From a virus (Duplodnaviria; Caudoviricetes), in the IMG/VR virus record IMGVR_UViG_3300037424_000885, positions 1-38,137 of that record: DNA of 38,137 bases; one strand, written 5' to 3'. The notes beneath the pieces were generated by a model, which was not told the origin of the DNA, did not search any database, and saw only the letters and a list, made by a program, of their open reading frames with translations. Shown here piece by piece: positions 1-6,581 of the stretch (its first letter is position 1; each line of letters begins with the position of its first letter). The position numbers and the translations under genes were made by a program.

Positions 1-126
1 GTGAACGATCTTGAAGAGGCGCTGCGCGATACACTTCGGCAACTTGAGAAGGCAATCAATGGAAATTCGATGGATGGCGACTGGGTTTCCGCCGAGACGA
101 ACGGGCGTGAATGTTTGTACGCATAA
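1..126 (+). CDS. 3' end of a hypothetical protein (truncated by window edge), probable cassette ORF
   Basis: Frame 1 is open from base 1 (VNDLEEALRDTLRQLEKAING...RECLYA) to TAA at 124-126. The TAA lies inside GCATAAC, as for the ORFs at 5222-6434. Confidence 0.65.
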   Translation: MNDLEEALRDTLRQLEKAINGNSMDGDWVSAETNGRECLYA

Positions 127-140
127 CAGCATGTTATACA
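121..140. other. attI-like simple recombination site (copy 1)
   Basis: GCATAAC-AGCAT-GTTATAC-A: inverted AAC/GTT cores 5 bp apart. Closely matches ATATAAC-AGTGT-GTTACAC-A at 6429-6448. Confidence 0.55.
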
Positions 141-257
141 GAATGGGCCAATATGTCGCTATGTAAAATTAGTAAGTATGTATTGCACGGGTCTCAAAAT
201 TTATAAGCTTTTTGGATTACTTGATACACTAACACCAAAAATACAAGAGCAGATAAA

Positions 258-758
258 ATGACAAAAAAAAGAGCAAAAACATTTTTTACTACATTCCGTG
301 GTGATATTATAAATATTGCTACAATAGCAAATTGGATGGTACAACAGGGTTCCACGCCAAGAAGCAGGAACGAAATACTCAGTTGTGCAGTTAGAAATTT
401 CACTGGGCAGATCCATAAACTCTTTCCTGAGGCGCGTGTAACAGACGATGCGGATGCGCTGCGTCTCTTGCAAGAGTTGGGGTTGGAGGGAAGAAAGCAC
501 ACCGCCCCAATGCTTAAAGTATCAACAGATGTGATAGAAAAGGAAGATTTGGTTCCTGTTTTCTCCCCCAGTAACCAGGACGAGCTGGGAGCAAAGGCTA
601 GACAGGCACAGAGAACCCAGATGGCGGAAGAAGCCTTGCAACTCATGGAAAAAACGCTGAGAAGAGAAAAAACCGATAAAGAAACAAACAAAAAACTCAT
701 AGAGGGGATATCAACAACCGGAGATAACGGACTGGTAGTGACGACCAAAGACAAATAA
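258..758 (+). CDS. hypothetical phage protein
   Basis: 166-aa ATG ORF in the plus-strand gene run. No recognised motif. Confidence 0.7.
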   Translation: MTKKRAKTFFTTFRGDIINIATIANWMVQQGSTPRSRNEILSCAVRNFTGQIHKLFPEARVTDDADALRLLQELGLEGRKHTAPMLKVSTDVIEKEDLVPVFSPSNQDELGAKARQAQRTQMAEEALQLMEKTLRREKTDKETNKKLIEGISTTGDNGLVVTTKDK

Positions 759-781
759 ACACAAGCGAGAAGGAGGACGAT

Positions 782-1024
782 ATGTGCTATACTAACCGGT
801 GCAAATGGGAATATCGCCACGGCCAGTTTAGGGGGGAATGCCGTCTGCCGTACAATCATTTGTGTCCTGAAGAGGAAAAGGAAGAGGAAAAGGATAAGAA
901 CAGTCCAGCAGAAATTTTATGTTGCAAGTGTGGTCGTTTTTTAAGTAAGCCAGGGAAACAAAAAAAATTATTTAAAAACGGTCTTTGCTATAATTGTGAA
1001 TTGGCAAACAGGAGACGTGAATAG
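782..1024 (+). CDS. small Cys-rich (zinc-finger-like) hypothetical protein
   Basis: Strong SD (AGGAGG) upstream. CxxxC, CCKC and CYNC motifs. Confidence 0.7.
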   Translation: MCYTNRCKWEYRHGQFRGECRLPYNHLCPEEEKEEEKDKNSPAEILCCKCGRFLSKPGKQKKLFKNGLCYNCELANRRRE

Positions 1025-1034
1025 AAAAAAGTTT

Positions 1035-1063
1035 TTGACATTGTCACCATTAAATTGTAAAAT
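1035..1063 (+). promoter_or_regulatory. sigma-70 promoter with overlapping palindrome
   Basis: TTGACA(1035-1040)-17 bp-TAAAAT(1058-1063). Palindrome TGACATTGTCA (1036-1046) overlaps the -35 box. Confidence 0.75.
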
Positions 1064-1117
1064 ATAGATACTTTGAGTTCGCAAATATCTTTTGAAAACC
1101 GAAACCAGGAGAAGGAG

Positions 1118-1384
1118 ATGATCTGTGCGACTAAAGCTAGGGAAATATCACGGATTAGGCCACTAGAACTAATACTGATGGACATCAATATATCCGTACA
1201 AGAGAGAGCAGCAACAGGAGGGTATTACATCATATACGATTATGCGTTGTCGCGCTATATGACAACGCAGGAACAACGAGATGAGGTAGCGTCGAGGATG
1301 AGAAACCTTGGGTACACAATAAGTTACCTTGATAACGGTGCTCAAGAAATTAACTGGGAAAATGCCAAGGAGCCATGTTTCTAA
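1118..1384 (+). CDS. hypothetical phage protein
   Basis: In-frame ATG at 1118 follows AGGAGAAGGAG. The ORF-track start at 1073 is a TTG without an SD. Confidence 0.7.
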   Translation: MICATKAREISRIRPLELILMDINISVQERAATGGYYIIYDYALSRYMTTQEQRDEVASRMRNLGYTISYLDNGAQEINWENAKEPCF

Positions 1385-1578
1385 TGAAAACCTACCAATA
1401 TAAATCTCCGTGGGAAATCACGTTTTCCTGCGCTGAAAGGCTGTATAACTATGTCAAATATCCAGCTGAGAAATCACACTGGGTTGAGGTTGTCTTGAAG
1501 CAATCTGCCATGATACAAAGCCAGCTTGCCCTTGAACTTATGCGAAAACAGCGGAAGTTGAAGGGGAGCAGGACATGA
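1384..1578 (+). CDS. hypothetical phage protein
   Basis: TAATG stop/start coupling with the upstream gene. Confidence 0.6.
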   Translation: MKTYQYKSPWEITFSCAERLYNYVKYPAEKSHWVEVVLKQSAMIQSQLALELMRKQRKLKGSRT

Positions 1579-1694
1579 ATAAGGCTTTGTTCGTTTCCGC
1601 CCTATTCGGGATACTAGTAGTAGCATTTATCTATACGTTGGGCTCGCTTATCCTGTCTAGCGATATTCGTGGTATCTATTCATTTTTTTACTAG
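1575..1694 (+). CDS. 39-aa single-transmembrane peptide (below ORF-track cutoff)
   Basis: ATGA overlap with the upstream stop, GGGGAG SD. Translates MNKALFVSALFGILVVAFIYTLGSLILSSDIRGIYSFFY. Confidence 0.55.
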   Translation: MNKALFVSALFGILVVAFIYTLGSLILSSDIRGIYSFFY

Positions 1695-1713
1695 CTGTAT
1701 ACAGGAGGACTTC

Positions 1714-2127
1714 ATGGCCAGTAAGAAATACAATATTTTCGATGAAACAAGAGAAAGAGAATTTGAAAAGTTGCGCGAAGAAATTGACCCTGCGCAGATA
1801 GTAATGGCGAAGGTCGATCAGGATCATTCAAAGTGCTCCCTAGATCACAGGGGAGATCCGAGACGATATCCAGATCTCACAGCCGTAAATACACTAATGT
1901 TGCCACACAATGGGAATTACTTTGCCTTGCAAGTTTGCCATGTTTGTGAATGGTCGCTCAACCAAAAAGATTGGGATTGGTACCTGTTTGTATGTTTCGG
2001 TTGCAGCACTACAAGGTGGATGCCAGTTAGTGAGGTTTCTACACATTACAAAGAACAAATTATAGGTATGACTGAGTGCCCAATTTGTAGCTTTTTGTCG
2101 CTATGTGATCCGGGAATTATCCATTGA
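1714..2127 (+). CDS. Cys-rich putative zinc-binding protein
   Basis: AGGAGG SD before ATG 1714. Three CxxC pairs (CHVC, CFGC, CPIC). Confidence 0.7.
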   Translation: MASKKYNIFDETREREFEKLREEIDPAQIVMAKVDQDHSKCSLDHRGDPRRYPDLTAVNTLMLPHNGNYFALQVCHVCEWSLNQKDWDWYLFVCFGCSTTRWMPVSEVSTHYKEQIIGMTECPICSFLSLCDPGIIH

Positions 2128-2229
2128 AACGACCTTTTACAAAAATAATGTTCATACCTGTACGGGATCATTACATAGCGTGGAATGGTAGTATTATGAA
2201 CGCCTAACACGTCAATTTTAAAGAAGGTC

Positions 2230-2850
2230 GTGCATAAAATGAAAAAAATAAGAACTATCGTAGACGCTTATAACCATCTCGTTAATGAGTGTTATTATGG
2301 GGATTCCATGTTTTACCAGTACCCACAGAGGGGGTCGTTCGCCAATGAATCTACATATAGAATACAGCTACCACCGTTGATACTCTGTATACTGGAGCCA
2401 ACGAACTTCCTCTATTTACCAAAAACCGTTACCAGGGGGACTATAGAAAAATATTATGAGAACTATCTACTCGGGATGGAAGAGCAGGAAAACGAGGCAT
2501 ATACTTACGGGTCAAGAATAGCCAGTCAACTCCCAGCTATCCTTGAAATGTTGGAAGAAACGCCAACGACGCATCAAATGGCGATCTCAATTTCGACAGT
2601 AAAAGATATTTGTTTAAAAAAACCACCATGCCTACGCGAGTTAACCCTCCAGGTAAGACATGGAGAACTTCACCTAACAAGCTTTTGGAGATCTAATGAC
2701 ATTAAAGAAGCTTTCCTGATAAATCAAGGAGGCCTTGGCTTATTTTTAGAGGACTTAGCAAACTATGCTAAGCTTAAACGAGGCTATCACTACTATGTAT
2801 CAAGTGGTAGTCACATAGATGTGAGGGAAAACGAATGTCTAAAAAAATAG
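2230..2850 (+). CDS. thymidylate synthase (ThyA)-fold protein, short divergent type
   Basis: YTYGSRI, catalytic PPCL, RSND, downstream Asn (AFLIN) and SSH motifs in ThyA order. Confidence 0.85.
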   Translation: MHKMKKIRTIVDAYNHLVNECYYGDSMFYQYPQRGSFANESTYRIQLPPLILCILEPTNFLYLPKTVTRGTIEKYYENYLLGMEEQENEAYTYGSRIASQLPAILEMLEETPTTHQMAISISTVKDICLKKPPCLRELTLQVRHGELHLTSFWRSNDIKEAFLINQGGLGLFLEDLANYAKLKRGYHYYVSSGSHIDVRENECLKK

Positions 2851-3134
2851 TAAATAAGAAAACAGTAAACAAGACCGCAGTAAAGACGATAGCAGTTAAA
2901 TGTATAACATGCAGAAAAAATAAAAAATGCCATTTGAAACCTGCGTTCATGAAAAAATGTTTCCGGTGGGGAGTGTCAGCTATAATTGTGAGGTGTGATA
3001 GTTATGACAAAGCATACAGTGACAGCAACGAAGCGAACCAGCAAGCCGGTAGAACTCGAGAGTTCATTAACGGTCATAAAGGATGCGGCACATCAAAGAT
3101 TCCAAATAACTTGTACAAATCATCTGACGAATAA
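2835..3134 (+). CDS. basic Cys-rich hypothetical protein
   Basis: GAGGG SD. CITC...C...C...C pattern. Its 3' part overlaps the next ORF. Confidence 0.5.
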   Translation: MSKKIVNKKTVNKTAVKTIAVKCITCRKNKKCHLKPAFMKKCFRWGVSAIIVRCDSYDKAYSDSNEANQQAGRTREFINGHKGCGTSKIPNNLYKSSDE

Positions 3135-3228
3135 AATTACTACTGGGCTATATTCTCTGGAAGATTTTCTAGAAAAGTACCCATGGTTCAGTCAGGAAAT
3201 AGAAGAAAGATTAAGAGAAGAGGGATAA
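3004..3228 (+). CDS. hypothetical phage protein
   Basis: GAGGTG SD before in-frame ATG 3004. The stop abuts the next start at 3231. Confidence 0.55.
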   Translation: MTKHTVTATKRTSKPVELESSLTVIKDAAHQRFQITCTNHLTNKITTGLYSLEDFLEKYPWFSQEIEERLREEG

Positions 3229-3230
3229 CT

Positions 3231-3452
3231 ATGGTGGGTAACGACAGTTCACGACCAAGATTAACAGTTGATATAACTCAAGAACAAAGCGATAGAATTA
3301 AAAGCCTCATTCCTTGGGGGATGCGCCCCCAGTTAATTGGATGTTTTTTAGAGTTATTGATGACTTACGCTGAGTTTCGCGGCGTCGGTAAGACCGTCGA
3401 AGACTTGACTAAGGACAGGCTCATAATAACTTTTAAGCCATGGATAAAATAA
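3231..3452 (+). CDS. putative ribbon-helix-helix-like DNA-binding protein
   Basis: GAGGG SD, ATG 3231. RPRLTVDITQEQSDRIK beta-alpha pattern. Confidence 0.55.
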   Translation: MVGNDSSRPRLTVDITQEQSDRIKSLIPWGMRPQLIGCFLELLMTYAEFRGVGKTVEDLTKDRLIITFKPWIK

Positions 3453-3622
3453 AATTGTAGGAGTCCTGCCGAATAGAGGACATTTTGCTTAGCCTGTAAG
3501 AGAATGAAGCTATACAATTGCGCTTGCTGCTCCACGCTTCCTTTACTGTAAAGGAAGCTAGGGGCATTATTCACTTAATTAATAACGTAGTAAAAAACAC
3601 ACTCTAGGTACTAGGGGCAAGA

Positions 3623-4852
3623 ATGTCAGACTCTAAAAGAAAGACGTTAGATTGGATAGATGGCTTCATGCAGTACAATGAGAATACCGAACCTCCAAGG
3701 AGCTATTTACGCTGGGTGGCTATTAGTGTTGTCGCCTCAGCGCTCCAAAGAAAGTGCAGGCTTGAAATGGGAGATTTAACTTTCTATCCGAATATGTACA
3801 TAGTTCTTGTTGGGCCTCCAGGAAAGGCACGGAAGGGAACTGCGATGCGACCAGGCAGGGAGTTTCTTGAAGATCTTGGTGTCCCTGTAAGCGCTGAAGC
3901 TACTACCAGGGAAGCGCTTATCAGGACGCTTGCCGATTCTGTCTCTTCTGTAGTCGACACAAAGACTGGTGAAACGGAATATCACTCTAGCTTAACCGTG
4001 TACAGCGCAGAACTTGTTACGTTTCTGGGCAACCAAAATTATCTATTAATGAGTGATTTAACAGACTGGTTCGACTGCGCTCCAAGATGGACATACAGAA
4101 CGAAAACTGCTGGGGAAGATGATATCTTTGGTGTGTGGTTGAATCTGATAGGCGCCACAACACCTGACCTGATCAGGGCAGCGCTTCCACTGGACGCTAT
4201 CGGCGGCGGGTTTGCTAGTCGGGTAGTGTTTATTTATGAGTCAAACAAATACAAAGCCATTCCATGCCCATTCAAAACATCGGAGGAGCTGGAACTTCGA
4301 GTAAAACTACTCGAGGATTTGCATAAAATCCATGCACTGCAAGGTAGGTTCAAGGTGACGGCTGACTTTTTAGACAAGTACGTAGATTGGTATTATAGCG
4401 CAGACGTTAACCCACCATTTACTGACAGTCGTTTCTCGGGATATGTTGAGCGTAGGGCGACGCATCTTCTAAAATTATGCATGATTTGCTCAGCAAGCCG
4501 GTCTGATAGTATGATTATATCAGCACAAGACTTTAGCCGTGCTAAGTTGTTCCTCACTGACGCAGAAAAGAATATGCTTAGAACTTTTAGCGGTGTGGGA
4601 AAAAGCGCTCACGCAGCCACGATGGAAGCGGTTATGGGAGAAATCGCTACACGTAAAGAAACCACGATGGGAGAGTTGTTAGGTATCTTCTATCAAGACG
4701 TCGACCAATACATGTTGGAGAATATGATTCGCACGCTAGACACAATGAATTTTATTGATTATCACATAACGAAATCTGCCACTACCAATAAAATTATTTA
4801 TCGTGGAGAGACACGAAAAGGGAGTGTAATCATGGAGGCATCCGATATATGA
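3623..4852 (+). CDS. DUF3987/YfjI-like P-loop ATPase (putative replication helicase-related protein)
   Basis: YPNMYIVLVGPPGKARKGT Walker A, LNLIGATTP and GGFASRVVFIY motifs. Probable C-terminal winged-helix region. Confidence 0.8.
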   Translation: MSDSKRKTLDWIDGFMQYNENTEPPRSYLRWVAISVVASALQRKCRLEMGDLTFYPNMYIVLVGPPGKARKGTAMRPGREFLEDLGVPVSAEATTREALIRTLADSVSSVVDTKTGETEYHSSLTVYSAELVTFLGNQNYLLMSDLTDWFDCAPRWTYRTKTAGEDDIFGVWLNLIGATTPDLIRAALPLDAIGGGFASRVVFIYESNKYKAIPCPFKTSEELELRVKLLEDLHKIHALQGRFKVTADFLDKYVDWYYSADVNPPFTDSRFSGYVERRATHLLKLCMICSASRSDSMIISAQDFSRAKLFLTDAEKNMLRTFSGVGKSAHAATMEAVMGEIATRKETTMGELLGIFYQDVDQYMLENMIRTLDTMNFIDYHITKSATTNKIIYRGETRKGSVIMEASDI

Positions 4853-4928
4853 GATACTTTTGCTTTGTGGTGTGGGAGGGGAGGTTAGTGATGGCCGTTC
4901 CTATCCCGATATGTACCGAGGAAACGAC

Positions 4929-5138
4929 ATGAATATGAAGGAACCACGGAACGCCTCAGGGTTACACGAACTCAAGCAACTTCTTATGCCTCTATTGCTT
5001 GTTTTTGCCGCTTACGCTGTTGGTGTGATGACAGGATATGAGCATGGACGTAAGGACGGCATTTCTTTTGAAATGACGAGAAATGCAGAATCGTTTCCGC
5101 AAACGGTGAAAGCAATAAAAGAGATGGTATGCCCTTGA
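4929..5138 (+). CDS. cassette ORF 1, small membrane protein
   Basis: GAGGA SD, ATG 4929. Hydrophobic LLMPLLLVFAAYAVGVMTGY followed by GYEHGRKDG. Confidence 0.65.
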   Translation: MNMKEPRNASGLHELKQLLMPLLLVFAAYAVGVMTGYEHGRKDGISFEMTRNAESFPQTVKAIKEMVCP

Positions 5139-5139
5139 G

Positions 5140-5225
5140 GCATTATGGCCAGCCTAACCGGGCGGCCACTTAATTAATTTTTTGCCGGATGCGTTATCCC
5201 GCTCCGGTTGAGGTGTTTGTTATGC
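5140..5225 (-). other. attC-like site A (86 bp)
   Basis: Minus strand: R'' GCATAAC, 5-nt spacer, L'' CCTCAACC ... L', 6-nt spacer, degenerate R' ATAATGC. The plus strand folds 13 bp (5153-5165 with 5199-5213) with extrahelical G5210 and T5203. Confidence 0.8.
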
Positions 5226-5524
5226 AAAATAATAGTTGCTGTTGTGGCAAATATAAAGACTGTGACTTGCCGTTTATCTCAAACGATATCGAACATGAAC
5301 AGTTAGGACTTGACGGGGCATTTTGTGGGCCAGTCATTAAACACCAACTCAGCAGGGCAGAATTAAAGCTGAACAAAATCTCCACACTGGTAAACGCTGC
5401 CTTGCTGACGACCACCAAGAAAATGAACCAAGGCCCAGAGGTTTTTATTTCTGGGTCAAGATTTATAGATGCTAAAAGTTTTGAGGATGTTCTTGTGCAT
5501 ATTGCTGAATTGCTTGTGGCATAA
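5222..5524 (+). CDS. cassette ORF 2, hypothetical protein
   Basis: ATG inside GTTATGC (alternative start 5189 within the hairpin loop). TAA inside GCATAAC. Confidence 0.65.
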   Translation: MQNNSCCCGKYKDCDLPFISNDIEHEQLGLDGAFCGPVIKHQLSRAELKLNKISTLVNAALLTTTKKMNQGPEVFISGSRFIDAKSFEDVLVHIAELLVA

Positions 5525-5648
5525 CGATTTAGTTAAATAGATTGCATATTAAAGCCAAGGAGATACAACCATGAATGAAGATTCTAAAATTGAAGAAAGT
5601 CCAGAAACCGCCAATATCAGCAATTCCACGCTGAACGGCTTGTTATGC
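5519..5648 (-). other. attC-like site B (130 bp, partly degenerate stem)
   Basis: Minus strand: GCATAAC-AAGCC-GTTCAGCG ... ATTTAAC-TAAATC-GTTATGC. Inner ATTGC/GCAAT and ATATT/AATAT pairings. Confidence 0.65.
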
Positions 5649-5807
5649 GATATTGAGGGCGAACCGCTAGAACCTTATTTCGATGGAGGCTACTGGAGAT
5701 TACCATATTTGATGAATGGTGCTGGGGGCTATGGTGGTAGCGTTGGCGAGATGAAACACAAAACCAAAGACGGCGTAATAGCAATGTATATTGATTATCA
5801 CACATAA
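5571..5807 (+). CDS. cassette ORF 3, hypothetical protein
   Basis: AAGGAG SD and ATG lie inside site B. TAA inside ACATAAC. Confidence 0.7.
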   Translation: MNEDSKIEESPETANISNSTLNGLLCDIEGEPLEPYFDGGYWRLPYLMNGAGGYGGSVGEMKHKTKDGVIAMYIDYHT

Positions 5808-5889
5808 CAACCCGCATAACCAGCTGGCCCCGGGAACTGGCGTATGCCGCAACGCTTCTTCCCGTCTGAGTTAATGCGGCTGGTTAGCT
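5802..5889 (-). other. attC-like site C (88 bp)
   Basis: ACATAAC...GTTAGCT. CCGCATAACCAG (5812-5823) pairs with CTGAGTTAATGCGG (5866-5879), leaving two extrahelical bases on the right arm. Inner CGGGAA/TTCCCG stem. Confidence 0.8.
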
Positions 5890-5892
5890 GAT

Positions 5893-6075
5893 ATGAAATT
5901 TATTGAATGGTTTTTAAAAAGGTCTCTTGGTTATGTTTGCTATTGGCCTGTATTGGTTCTCCCTTTGTGGTTATCATGTAACCGTTTTTATTCATGGCCG
6001 CTGTCATGGGCTGGGTTTTATGCCAATGATGATGGATATCAAAATTGGCTAAAAAGGCAGCGCAGAAAACGATAA
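5893..6075 (+). CDS. cassette ORF 4, small aromatic/hydrophobic protein
   Basis: ATG 3 bp after GTTAGCT. Trp-rich, possibly membrane-associated. Confidence 0.6.
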   Translation: MKFIEWFLKRSLGYVCYWPVLVLPLWLSCNRFYSWPLSWAGFYANDDGYQNWLKRQRRKR

Positions 6076-6128
6076 AGCTCAGTTGCGCCGCAACTGAAAT
6101 GTGGGGCGCATGGCAGATGCTTTTTGCT

Positions 6129-6250
6129 GTGTAACGATGAGCGCACTTGACCAAGGAAAAAAGGATTATGAAACAAGCAACTGAAACACGGCAGGAACTA
6201 ACAACCGGCAAGCGCAGCCCCCCGGGGGCAAGTGTTGCGACTTGTTATGT
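6129..6250 (-). other. attC-like site D (122 bp)
   Basis: GTGTAAC-GATGA-GCGCACTTG ... CAAGTGTTGC-GACTT-GTTATGT. One extra base on the right arm. Confidence 0.7.
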
Positions 6251-6434
6251 AATTGTTGAGGGTGAATTTTATTCAGAGGAACACACCCTTTGCGTATGCA
6301 AAACAAAGAAAATAGCACTACAAAAGTGCCGTTTCGATGGGTTTTCGTATAACCGCAAAGATGATCTTTGGAGTGGAGAAAGGTGTGGGCAATCATATTA
6401 TCGAAGAATTGAAAGAGAAGATTTCTATATATAA
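6168..6434 (+). CDS. cassette ORF 5, hypothetical protein
   Basis: AAGGA SD and ATG 6168 lie inside site D. TAA inside ATATAAC. Confidence 0.7.
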   Translation: MKQATETRQELTTGKRSPPGASVATCYVIVEGEFYSEEHTLCVCKTKKIALQKCRFDGFSYNRKDDLWSGERCGQSYYRRIEREDFYI

Positions 6435-6448
6435 CAGTGTGTTACACA
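6429..6448. other. attI-like simple recombination site (copy 2)
   Basis: ATATAAC-AGTGT-GTTACAC-A. No long hairpin partner. It terminates the array. Confidence 0.55.
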
Positions 6449-6501
6449 AAAAAAACGGGATACCTGAGTGAAGGGAAAACATGGCGCTAGCTGAACTCAG
6501 T

Positions 6502-6535
6502 GCTGTGAGTGTTCTTGGTAAATAACACTCACAGC
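6502..6535. terminator. perfect 12-bp hairpin between convergent transcription units
   Basis: GCTGTGAGTGTT-10 nt-AACACTCACAGC. No clear U-tract, so terminator function is uncertain. Confidence 0.5.
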
Positions 6536-6581
6536 TAAAGTCATTTATCTAGGGTTTGACAGTCTTCATTAACAAAGGAGG

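Larger units (their letters stand above)
4929..6448. mobile_element. integrase-less array of integron-like gene cassettes with attC-like sites inverted relative to the ORFs
   Basis: Five small unrelated ORFs separated by 86-130 bp imperfect hairpins bounded by TAAC/GTTA cores. The two cores flanking each ORF body are mutually complementary. Confidence 0.75.

Noticed and set aside
194-859. 221-aa minus-strand ORF
   Set aside because: Antisense shadow of plus-strand genes that have proper SD sites. Ser/Leu/Phe-rich composition is typical of shadows.
4929-6448. CRISPR array or simple terminators as the explanation of the repeated hairpins
   Set aside because: No identical direct repeats, spacing of 260-380 bp with ORFs between, no U-tracts, and bulges and cores that fit attC geometry.
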